DNA of 64,000 nt, taken from positions 264,249 through 328,248 of the forward strand of contig RHPI01001507.1 of assembly GCA_009103225.1 (NCBI GenBank). The letters run 5' to 3'. The stretch's first letter is position 1. Each line of letters starts with the position of its first letter. Below the pieces are notes generated by a model, which saw only the letters and a program-made list of their open reading frames with translations, was not told where the DNA came from and ran no database searches. The position numbers and the translations under genes were made by a program. Shown in pieces: positions 29,151 to 40,300 of the stretch. The DNA comes from Chlorokybus atmophyticus (taxonomy: Eukaryota > Plantae > Mesostigma and Chlorokybus algae).

Positions 29151-29576
29151 ATCGCTTGTGGGGTGGGGTATTGTGTGTGAGTGTGGGTATGTTGGTCGTG
29201 AGTGTGCCTGGGATTGGAGATGTGTGAGAGGTTGGTGGTCATTATCTCCTCCTTTGGAGCTGTCGTGCCTGCCATGGTCGAGGGCAACCTTGTCTCGGAC
29301 AGGCTGCAGAGGAGTGCTAGTGCTGCACGCATGCTAGTGCCGTGCACTGCATTGGAGTCATGCAAGCAAAAGACAACCCCCCAATCGTGGGCATAGGCTT
29401 GAAGATGAGCCTACGCGGTGTTTAGTGCAGTGGACGAGCCGATGCCGCTCGCCACCTTTGTGTACAGACTGTGTCGTAGTGCACACAGCCAACAAGCCAC
29501 CCCCCCTGAGATTCTGGGGTAGCCTTCTGCTCCAGAACTCAGTTCCTACCGACTGTGTGGGGGACCGTTGATGCGG

Positions 29577-29710
29577 CAGTCATCGCACCAGTACTCCCAC
29601 AACGGTACTGCGTCCAGGGGAGGGTCAAGGCAGTAGCAGTGCATGCCTTGATTACAGCCGTCGCATAACATCATCAATGGGTCGTCGTCGGCGCTGCCAC
29701 ACTTCTCGCA
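29577..29710 (-). CDS. PHD finger (C4HC3) at the integrase C-terminus
   Basis: CEKCGSADDDPLMMLCDGCNQGMHCYCLDPPLDAVPLWEYWCDDC. Confidence 0.92.
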
Positions 29711-29899
29711 TCGGGTGCTGCGCAGCGGACGCGGGTGCTGGATCTTGGTGAAGCCAGCAATGTAGGGGAGATGACAGGGCGCACAGTTGACCATGTTGTC
29801 CTTCATGCGCTCGCCTCGTTGTCCCAACAGGTCCAGTACCCCTGTGGGGTGCACCTTCAATACCTTGTAGACAGCACGCCCGACGGAGGTATCGAGGGT

Positions 29900-32520
29900 G
29901 TCGCGTGTAGACGCCATACGGTAGACGAAGTCTCCTGACTCGAAGCGGCGCTCCCGCTCCTTGTAGAAACCACTGCGCACACGCTCGTAACGCAGCGTGT
30001 CGCGGTGCTGCGCGATGCGCAGGTTGTTGAAGGCCATGGGGACTGTGTGTTCGAACAGCGCACTGCGCACTGTCAGATCATACAACATCTCGTCGGGGTT
30101 GTCAAGATTGTCCACCACTCTGTCGACCTCCTGCTGTGCGCGGAAAGGGAGCAATGGCTGCCTTCCAAACAGTAGGTAGTATGGGCTGTACTCTCGCAGG
30201 GCTGCCTGCTTGGACAGCCGGTAGCCCATCGCTACCCATGGGAGGTGATCATCCCAGGTATTCTTCTCGTAGGCGAGGACGTACTTGCGCAGTGCCTTCT
30301 TGATGGTCTGCACGGTACGCTCGGCGAGGCCGTCGGCCTGCGGGTGGTCGCGTGAGGTGCGACGGTGGTCGATGAAGCATCTGTCGATAAGCTTGTCGAA
30401 GGCTCCTCTGAACTCTGTACCCTGGTCGGTGATGACTTCAGCGCAGCTGCCGAAACGTCCGAGTACATATGAGAGGAAAGCCTGGGCTACTCCCTCACTG
30501 CTCTTGTCGGGCAGGGGCACCAGCTCCACCCACTTGGAGAAGTGCTCGATCATGACGAGGATGTAGCGGTTGCCTCGCGCTGAGGGCGCTAGGTCTCCGA
30601 GGATGTCCAGTCCCCAGCGGTAGAACAACCCGGAAATGGGAAGGGGATGCAAGGTGGCATTGCGCGTGTTGAGGCTGACGCGAACCATGTCACACTGCTG
30701 ACAGTTGCTGACGAACTCCCGCACATGTCTGTGCACCCCATACCACCAGTACTGGATCCTGACCAGGCTGACCGTGCGCTTGACACCGAAGTGCCCGAGC
30801 TCGGTGTGAAGGGAGGAGATGATGCCTTCACGTGCAGCTGGTGTGGGGACCTCCTGATCTGCATCTTGTATCCGTCGATACAGCCTGTCGTTGGCCCAGC
30901 GGTATCGCTGAGTGCGTTGTCGGACGCGGTCCTTTTCGCGTGCGCTCATGCCTGCTGGAAGTTGTCCAGTCTGAAGCAGTGCGAGGGATGGCTCGTCCAG
31001 CCAGATGTCTTGTCGTGTGTCGGTGGGCGCCAGCTCCTCATCATCCACCTCAGGGTTGGCAGCGATTGCTTCTTCTGATAAAGGATCGGTGGTGGTGATG
31101 GCGGGCTCGGGAGCGGGCAGGTCCTCGTCTGCTGCTGCCTCAAAGGTCTGAGTCCTGCGTCCTGAGCGTAGCGCAGCGACAGCGAACATAGTGGCCACAC
31201 CTGAAGGTGCAGATGTAGGACCCAACTCATGTCGGGCGCCTGTGGCGTCGTTGGTGCTGAGGTGGGGGTTACGGCTGAGGCCATCCGCATCCTGGTTGGC
31301 AAGGCCTGCGCGGTGTTCCACCTCGAAGTCGTACTCTTGGAGCAGCAGCGCCCATCGTGCTAACTTTCCTGTCAAGTGCTGGTTGTTCATTAGCCACTTG
31401 AGGGGTTGATGGTCAGTGACCAGTTGGAACTGCCGTCCAAACAGGAAGGGTCGGAAGAAGGAGATGGCCCACACTGCGGCGAGACACTCCCCTTCGTAGC
31501 TGCTGTAGTTGGCCTCAGCACTGTTGTTGCTGCGGCTGGCGTACGACACCACGCGCTCCTTCATGTTGTTGTCATGCTGTACGAGCACGGCCCCCATGCC
31601 GAGCTTGCTCCAGTCTGTGTGCAAGATGAACGACCTGGTGTAGTCAGGGCGTTGCAGAATGGGAGCTGTGGTGAGGCGGAGCTTCAGCTCCAAAAAGGCC
31701 TCCTGTTGTGCCTCCTTCCACAAGAACTCGGTGTCCTTCTTCAGTAGTTCATTGAGAGGCCTTGCGATCTTGGCAAAGTCTTTGACAAACCGGCGGTAAT
31801 AGTTGGCAAGGCCGAGAAAGGCCCGCAGCCGCGTGAGGTCTGTGGGGGCAGGGATAGCCACCAGTGCCTCCACTTTGGCCTGCTGTACGTACACACCATG
31901 GGGCACAATCATGTGTCCTAGGTAGGGTACCTTGTGGGTGAAGAAGGTGCACTTGTCAGGGTGCACCGTCATCCCGACTTCCTTCAGCCTCTGTAGCACC
32001 TCTTCGATGTGCTGGAGATGCTCCTCATTGCTGTGACTGAAGATGAGGATGTCGTCGATGTAGCAGCGTGCGAAGTCCAACCCCTTGAGGGCTTTGTCCA
32101 TGACGCGCTGGACCTTGGCCGGAGCGTTCTTTAGTCCGAAGGGCATGACCTTCCACTGGTACAGCTGCCGGTTTCCCCAGAAGGAAGTCTTGTGCTTGTC
32201 CTCCTCCTTGATGGCAATCTGGTTGTACCCTTGGCGCAGATCCAGGATACTAAAGACTGTGCATTCTCCTACATCGTCAAAGATGCCTTCTGCGGTAGGC
32301 ATTGGATACATGTCCTGCTTGGTCTTGTTGTTGAGGGGGCGATAGTCGCCACACATGCGCCGGTCTGTCCAGTTGCCTGCTGAATCTTTCTTCAGGGGCA
32401 TGACGGTCGCGGCCGCAAAGTCCGATGTGGACTCCTCGATCAGGCCTGCATCTAGCAGCGCCTTGCACCTCTATTCCACCAAGTCTTCTTCTAGCTTGGA
32501 GAGGCGGTACTGTCTTCTGA
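29900..32520 (-). CDS. pol: Reverse transcriptase, RNase H and integrase
   Basis: RMCGDYRPLN, LDLRQGYNQI, MPFGLKNAP, YIDDILIFS, FLGLANYYRRFV, LHTDWS, YEGECLA, TDHQPL, QDADGLSR, HTELGHFG..CQQC, WGLDILG, VITDQGTEF, HPQADGLAER..TIK. Confidence 0.95.
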
Positions 32521-32879
32521 ACACCGGTTCGGTGTCCACTAATTCAATGTCCATCTGGTATGCTGAGCAGATGCCCAGCTCCTTCACACTGAAGCTGAAT
32601 TGGCTCCTCCACTTGTTGAGAAGAGCCTCGAGTTGCTCTCGAGTCTGGCCTGTGGCCAGCGGTCCAATGGCGTGGGACCACGAGGTAGCGTTGGCGACCA
32701 CTGGAATGTCTTCCACAGTGACTGCTGTCTGCTCCTCCATGTGGGCGGTCTCGAGGGCGGTGTGTGCTGCTTTGGTCTGTTAAAAACGAGCAATCCACCC
32801 CCCAGCCAGGTGTTCGAGCTCCTGGACGGACACGTGGCGGTCCTGGAGAGCAAAGCACATTTCCAAGTACCACACCATG

Positions 32880-33815
32880 CTGTTCTGATCAATGGCGCGC
32901 CCTAACAACTGACACTGTTGACCGGTTGTCAGCGTGGAGCCTGTGATGCTGCCTGGAAAGAATCCCATAGCACGCTCGCGCTCGCGGGCATTGGGTTCTT
33001 CCAGCTGTCCAGTGTTGGAGTCCAACACCATGCCGTCGCCACCATTGCGGAACGCGTAGGAGCCTGGATAGGATACAAGCGTGGGTAGTGCGCGGCGCGG
33101 CTGGCCAGGCTGGTTGCACTGGTAGAAGTGGTGGTGGTCAAGGCGTGTGACTGGTTGCGCTGTGCGTCCAGGGTCCAAGATGTCATCGACGACGAGATTT
33201 CGTGGCCGATTGCTGTATAGGTACTCTGCCAGAAACAGGTCTTCCACAATGGCCAGGTTGGTCCACTTGGCGCGGACGCGGTGTGCACGAGATCCATGAC
33301 GCGCGGCGTTGATTTTGAGAGGATGCCCCAGCAAGGAGCATACTTGTCGATAGGCCTTAGCGACGTGATGCCGCTTGTCATCCTCGGAGTGCACATTCTC
33401 GATGATGTACCCCAAGGGCCTAGCGATCTGACTGGTCTGTAGGAGTTTGATGACTCTCATTAGCTCCCAGAACAGCTGTGAGCGAGGATCAGAGAGCCCT
33501 TGACCTCTGCCTGCCCTGGAGTGCCCTTGACACTCCCATCCTGCTATCAGCAGGTCAACATTGGCGACTGCCTGCAGGTGATCCTTGGTAATCCAGCGGA
33601 TGTCCTGCGGTAGAGCCTTCTGGCTCCCTTGCAGTGCCGACAGTGGTAGCTGCTGCGGGTAGCGCTGGTGCAGCTGTCGTAAATGATGGCTCAGAGCCTC
33701 CTGTGCATGAGGGTCAGGGTCACAGTAGAGGTACTTGGTGACTGTTGTTCCTGTGTTGAGGACAGCCGCAAGCCCACTGCCTATGCCTCCGAACAGCTCC
33801 AGCACGATGATGCCT
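32880..33815 (-). CDS. C5-cytosine DNA methyltransferase domain inside the polyprotein
   Basis: Motif I VLELFGGIGSG, II YCDPDPHA, III DIR, IV DLLIAGWECQGHSRAG, VI YIIENV, VIII HRVRAKW, IX RERERAMGF, X LLGRAID, all in canonical order. Confidence 0.92.
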
Positions 33816-34229
33816 TGTTGTCGGCGGAACATGTGGAACTCCACAACTCCCGTAGCTATGTGGTACTGCTCCTGCACTGTAGCCTGGTCTTTGTAGACAG
33901 GGAAGTGTGCAGTGAGCTGAGGCCTGGTCAGCAGCATGTGTGCTGCTACTTGTGCGCTCCAGCGACGCTCGGATGGCTCCTGAAAGGCCACTTCTTTGGT
34001 GACAGTCTCCTGAGACTCATCGTACGGTGTAGGAGAGTCCTCTTCAGCGTTTAGGCTCGGGCTCGAGCTCGTTGCAGTTGTCCTCGGCTGCGTTCGGGCA
34101 CGAGGCACACGTGAGCTTTTTGTAAGACTGTAGGTGGCTGCTGCGGCCGATCTTCGTTGCGAGCGATCCTTGGCCACCAGTTCGAGAGGTAGGAATCCCT
34201 GCTCCTCTCCATCGTCCTCATCCCAATGC

Positions 34230-34570
34230 GGTCGAATCCATGCCTGCTCAGTCCAGCAGTCCATCCCCATGCCGACAGGGAAGTTGCAGTCCTGTCCCAG
34301 CAGTAGGTCAAAGGACCCGGCATCGGTGACCACACACCGTTGTACAATCTCGGTGCTGTGGGAAGGGTTTAGTCCTGTGAGGCGAATGCTCACAGCCTGC
34401 TTGATAAGGCCGAGCACCTTGTTGCGGTTGCCGGTTGCGGTGTCCAGCTGGTAGGGACAGGGAAGCAGCTCAGTGCTGGTGATGCCGAGATCTCGTGCGA
34501 GATAGCGCCCAACGATGACAGGCTGTGCTCCAGTGTCCAGCATCACGCGTTTGGGTGCCCGCCCATTGAC
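34230..34570 (-). CDS. Retroviral-type aspartic protease domain
   Basis: VMLDTGAQPVIVG and the downstream FDLLLGQD motif. Confidence 0.9.
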
Positions 34571-37249
34571 GGTCACGTGCTTGCCTTGGTTGGCGATCAT
34601 GGCTGCATTGGCGTTGATGCGCAGCCTCTTGCAGCGACGGAACCTCTTGCGTGGAGAGACTGTTGCTTTACTCTCATCTGCGGGGCCTGACCGTAGGGCA
34701 GCCAGGGCTCCTCTGCCTGATGGATCTTGTGGGCCTCCTTGTCCTCGGCTTTGTCCAAACCGTCCTTGTCGCGGTTGCTGATACACGCGTGGTGGCCTAG
34801 GCACTGGAGGTGCTGCAGCAACCTGTCCAAGTGGAGGTGCAGGAGGGTTGACCCTCTGTGCAGCTGTTGTCATGCCAGGAGGAGTGGCCAGTGGCTGTGG
34901 CGGGAACCCTGGAGGACCTGGTGTTTGCGGGACTGCCTCTCGTGCAGCCTGCTCCTCTGCATAGGTCCATCGCACAGCATGGGCTGCCTCTCTGACTAGT
35001 GTACCTTCCCATGTCGCCGTCGCATTGTTGTCCACGTCTATATAGCGATGGTTCTGAGGCATGGGCTGCAGGTACACTGCGCGTAGGAGCCGCGCTCTCA
35101 TGTCGTGGGTGATGGTGGGCACCCTGAGGATCCCTGCCATGTAAGCATCCCATCTGCCGTTGACCACTCCCACTTCCAGCACTGTTATTGCTCGTGTGCG
35201 TACAGTGAGGCGGGTCTCTGGCTGTTGGACATGCTGCTCGTAAGCAGCGGCGATGCGCCTGCGCTGACGTCCTGCCTCCACTCCTGGCAAACTCAGTATA
35301 GCCTCCAGAGCTCCCTCCAGAGTGTCAGTGGCGGCGGAAGCCACTTCATCATAGGCTTGCCGTATGGAGCGAAGGAATGCGTCCACCCACGCTATTCTGG
35401 CGCCGAAAGCGAACAACGGGACTGCGGGATGGTTGGTGACCAGCCACGTCACTAACCGTGCGCGTGCCGCGTTGCCATTGTCTCGCATCCCAAGCATCTG
35501 CCGAAGTCCGATGCCTTCTTGCCGATGCAGCATGGTTGCTTGTCGCAACAGAGCAGTGCGTAGTTGTTGCTCTCCAACCAGTCCTGCTCCATCTCTTTGT
35601 GTACACCCTTGTGGTGTAAGGTAGCCCCTCCCTGGCTCCCTTTGGTCCTCAGGTAGATCCTCCACCAGCGCAGGCAGCAACGGGGCGATCACCCCCCTGG
35701 TTTGTTGAGCCAACGCCCTCGCTTGGTCAGAGTTGGTCTCGACGAAGAGCGGAGTGGTGCTGGAGGATGGACCAGCAGTTGGTGACTGAGGTATTGGTGC
35801 ACGTGTAGCTTCAAGAGCTTGTTCACGTGCAGCAATGGCGGCAGCTTGATCCTGTCGCCAATGATATGCTTGTTCCAGTGCGTGGTAGCGCTGATGAAGA
35901 CGAGCGGTTGTAGGAGGTCCGAGTGCTTCATCAGTGCCCAAAGGCAGGTCGGCTGCGGCGGCGATGCGCTGCTGGACGGCGTCTCGGCGGTCCAGATACG
36001 TGTCCAACGGGCTGGGTTCAAAGGTGGTGGTTGGCATGCGTGCAGGCTGGCGCGGGGCGGTCTGCATGTTGTTGTGCAACGCCCAGAACAGCTGCAGAGC
36101 CAACTCCAACACTACAGGTGGGCTGTAGCTGATTAAAAACACCCTGTCACGCATCGGAGGTGCAGTGCCAGCAAGGATCTTATCTTCTAACTGGTGTTGA
36201 GTGGGTGCTGGAAGGGTGTGAACCTCTGGTAGCGGGAAGACGCGATCATCGCGGGCGACACGCGTGGTGCGCTCCCCCCCCCGACCGAAAGCGATGGTAG
36301 TGGGGTCTGCTCCGCGCAGGATGGTTTCCCATGCTCGCTCAGCTTGCTGACCAGTTGGGACAGCCTGAGTGACGTCGAGAGCGGGCAGAGTGGCTGCGCG
36401 CGTCGCTGCAGAGACAGCGGGGTCGACGATGGCCATTGTGGCAGTTGCGACGGTATCGGTCGGTGGTGCGAGAGTTGTCTCAACGCCTCCGGACAGAGGC
36501 ACTGCTGCAGTGGGAAGTGCACCGCCCACTGGTGCAGATTCGGTAGAGATGGCGGCTGCTGCCAGTGTGCTCACCAGCGTTGGCGTCACGGTGCCCATCG
36601 GTGTACCAGGCTGTGGTGCAACTGGAGTGGGTGCTGCTGACGTTGGTGGAGTCGACGTTGTAGCCGGTGTGGCTGTTGCTGCGGAGGCAGCACCACTGGT
36701 GGCTTCGGAGGAGGTGCCTGCTGATGTTGTTGCAGCTTCCCCTCGTGCTCGTCGTAATGGTTGCACGCGGGACGGAGTGTTCCTGTCTCTCTCGCGATTT
36801 GCAGCCATCAGCGCCCATCGGGCAGCGTAGTAGGCGCGGTAGTCCTGCTCCTTGTCTTCTTCCAAGCGCGCCATACGCGCCATGAGGGCTGCCATATGGT
36901 CATCAGCTGGTGGGTTGGCTGAAGCCTTGGCGGCAACAGCAGCAGCGCGTGGACGTGTATCTGGTCCCTTACGCTGAGGAGGTCTGTTCTTCCCCCTGTA
37001 GCCTTGCTCTTCCTTGCGAACACTGGCGTTGTTGTTGTTGTTACTGCCACCAGCGTTGTTGCTGTTGTGGGCTCCAGTGTTGTTGCTATTGTAGCCACTG
37101 AAGTGGTTGCCAGTGTGGCCCCCAGTGTTGTTGCTGTTGTAGCCACTGAAGTTGTTGCCAGTGTGGCCCCCAGTGTTGTTGCTGTTGTAGCCACCGAGGT
37201 AGTTGTGGTTGTAGCTGTTGGCGGGCCTCAACTCTGGGAACTTGAGCCA

Positions 37250-37360
37250 GCAGACTGACTCCAAATGACCAGTCTTGTGACAGTGGTCGCAAACCAAAGT
37301 TGAGTATTCTTCGGTGCACTCCTTTTGGTAGTGCCCATGCCGTCCACAGCGATGACACAG
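37250..37360 (-). CDS. gag: Gag CCHC zinc knuckles (two)
   Basis: CHRCGRHGHYQKEC and CDHCHKTGHLESVC. Confidence 0.9.
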
Positions 37361-40300
37361 CACAGGGGCAGCAAGTGCAGCATGAGCTGACCGTTTCCCT
37401 TTGTCGCGTGCTGGTGGAGCGTCCCGGCCACGGTCGCGGCGAGGAGGCTCAGTTGTCGTGCTGACTACAGGCCGTACGGCGCTGCGGTTGGTGTCCAGCA
37501 CTGCCTTCTCATACACCAAGCGCTTGTGGATGGCTTGTGCAGTCTCGAAGGCTTCTTTGAGGGTGTAGCCAAGGGGCCTGCTGTAGTTCAGAGTCAGGCG
37601 TGTCGACTCGCTCAGAGCAGCATCCAACTCATTGACGTATATCACTGCAGCAGCCTCCTCACTGACAATCTTGTAGTCAGTGTCCTTCAGCAGACCTTCC
37701 AGTCTGGAGTACAAGCGGAGGGGATCCTCATTGGGCTTGCGTCGAAAGCGTCTCAGCTCCTCAACCTTGCTGGTGGTCTGAGGAGGGAAGGTACGGCGCA
37801 GGGCAGCGTACAGGTCCTTGAGTGGAGAATCAGAGATGGCAGCACCTACGGTGATGGCTGGTGCGCGCAGTGCTACTGACCCGAGGGTGAAAGCGCTGCC
37901 TCCTGCACGAGAGCCAGGTGTTGCTGGAGGTAGAGGAGTACCCCACTCTGCGGCTGCCGCTTGCTGTACAGCTCTTTGTTCCTCAATGATGATGGCAGAA
38001 CGGTCAAGGATGCGGACTCGACGTGTGGCCTCCTTGGACTCAACTTCTGCAGGGGTCAAGTTGACAAGTACCAACTCTGGTTCCTCCTCCTCTGCCTGCT
38101 TGAGAGCTGCAGCTATGGTCAAGCCTGTTACTGCAACTGAAGTGGCAGGTGGAACGACACCTGCTGGACGGTGCAGGGATGCAGATGCTATGGTGCTGGC
38201 AAGCTCGCCATAGCCGTCTACTCGATGCAGTTCAGCAACGGACTTCCAGACATCGTGTGCTTCATGATCAAGATACTGAGCAGCAATGTGGAAAGAGATC
38301 TCATCTGACCAGTCTTTGTTCTTCAGTGCTTGCTGCCGCATCTTGGAGTGGAACTTGATGATGAACTCATCCAGCGAGGTGGTGCCGGCACGTCCGGAGA
38401 AGCGCAGGGATGTGGTTGAACTGGAAGATTCCATCTCGTTGTCGTCGCTGTCCGATGATAGTGGAGAAGCTGGATGACGAGGAGTAGAGTGGAGCGGGGT
38501 GAAGCTGGAGATGGAGCGCGAGCCTCTGCTGCTGCGGTCGATGCTTCCGTCACTGGTCCGCTCGTAGGTGAGATTGGTGGTTGGGCTCCAACTGCTGAGG
38601 TCACCCTCGTCTATTGGGGAGAACGGGGTGGGCCTGCTCATACAGCTGGTCCAGAGGTGAAAGGGTAGAGTGCTTGTGCTCTACCGTCTATCCTGATGCT
38701 GTTACCACCCAACACACTAGTGCTTGTGCGCACTATGTGATGACAATGATAACGAATGCCCAGCGATGTATCCCTGGGTGCAGACTGCACTATCTGATGC
38801 AGATTGCAACACACTCACTTGTGCAAAGAGGGTGACAATGTAAGTCAACAAGCCACTACGATAGGTAGTGCTGTGGACACAGTCCTTTGCATGAGTGGAT
38901 AGAATGATACACTGTTAAGTGAGGTGAATGAGTGTGCAACACGTGGATACAACACCCTGACTACTGAAACAACACACCACCGTCAAGCTCACAGCAATGG
39001 CAGGCACAGCGCACAAGAGCATGCACCGTGTCTCACGCAGTAAGGGAATTCTTGGCAACCGGGGCAGCGTGCTTCCAGTTCAAGTCGCTTCACAAGCTCT
39101 TTAGAAACAGAGTCTTTACTTCGTGGTACTCCTAGTACTCACAGTACTCACTTACAGTGTCGCCAGCCAGTCTGGTGACGTAACTTCCTACTTATACATG
39201 TCAAATCATGACTGTGCAGTGCCACGCGGGCACTAGGCCAACGGTCACATCGAGGCCTCATGCTATTTCGGAAATCTTCTAAGACTCGATATAGCACATG
39301 TGTTCTTAACAGACTTGCAACTGATCAGCTACGCGCGGTCCCTACAGACAGGTCTATAAAGTAGCCCTAGCTACATGCTACATGAGTGATACAGTAGCTA
39401 GCAGTAGGCTGGGGCTCGCGCGGTCTTCATGCTGGTAGCCCGGGCGCGGGGCTGGGTGTAGGCATGCTTGAGAAGAACTGGCATGCGAGGGTAGATGGCA
39501 TGACAGAGCGCTGCTGCAACTTCTCCTGCACCGTAGTGTTGGTGGGATTTCCACCGTAAGTCCTTGTGCATTGGTGTGCCAAGCCCCGACTAGCAAGCAA
39601 GTAGTGGTATCGTTACATGCACGCGCTGCAGCTGCCGAAGACGCTGAAAGGCTCAAATTTTTATTGGACTGAATGTGAAGGATCATCACCAAAGTTTGAT
39701 GACTGAGTGCACAACCGCAAGGGAGTGCTGCAGACGGTTTGGAGGCACATTTAGGTCTAGCAACAGTACGAGAAATTTGCAACTTGAGAGACCGATGTTT
39801 TTATAATGGATGACGACTAGAGAACGTGTTATCAAGTTTGTCGCAAGGGCTAGAGACCTTTGCATAAAGCTAATTGCTGTTGCCATAACATTAAAGAACT
39901 TAAAGTGGTCTGGAACATCATGTCTAGGTTGTCTGCCAGATTGAACAATATGGTCCAAATCTTGGGCACCACTTCTGCTAATTAATGCTGGGTTGAGGTT
40001 GTACCAAAGCTGATGTGTGTTTAAGGCAATTATAAGAAGAAGTAGGACTTCAGGAAGACCATTGCAATCGCTGCCAAGTTTGTGGCTTCCTCATCCTCTT
40101 GAGGCCATGAAAGAGGTAGAGGAAGAGGCAAGTTGAGAGGTGTGAGTAGAGAATAGTGGCTGAAGACTGTGGAGTGTCATTTGCTAGGAAGGTCCATAGC
40201 CAGGCCAACTGTTATGAGAATAAGACCAAGGGCTGAAAATGCACGGAGAATGTTATAGGTGGCTTTTGCTAAATCCGCTGAGTTTGAGGCGTGTACCTCT

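Larger units (their letters stand above)
29546..38641 (-). mobile_element. Ty3/gypsy-type retrotransposon polyprotein Gag-PR-DNMT-RT-RH-IN-PHD in one reading frame with two in-frame stops
   Basis: ORFs 38641-32780, 32740-32471 and 32401-29546 are all in the same frame, separated by TAA (32780-32782) and TAG (32471-32473). Domain order PR-RT-RH-IN is the gypsy order. Motifs are listed in the sub-features. Confidence 0.95.

Noticed and set aside
32775-32790. -1 frameshift slippery site (TTTTTAAC) at the end of ORF1
   Set aside because: It does not fit X XXY YYZ in the reading frame, and the downstream pol is in frame 0, so no shift is needed.
38695-38707. TGGTAACAGC on the minus strand as a PBS for the DNMT element
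   Set aside because: Poor match to tRNA-iMet beyond TGGTA, not preceded by an LTR-terminal CA, and no matching 3' LTR.
29735-38835. Many short ORFs overlapping the DNMT gypsy element on other frames and strands
   Set aside because: Shadow ORFs of a GC-rich coding sequence; no independent motifs.
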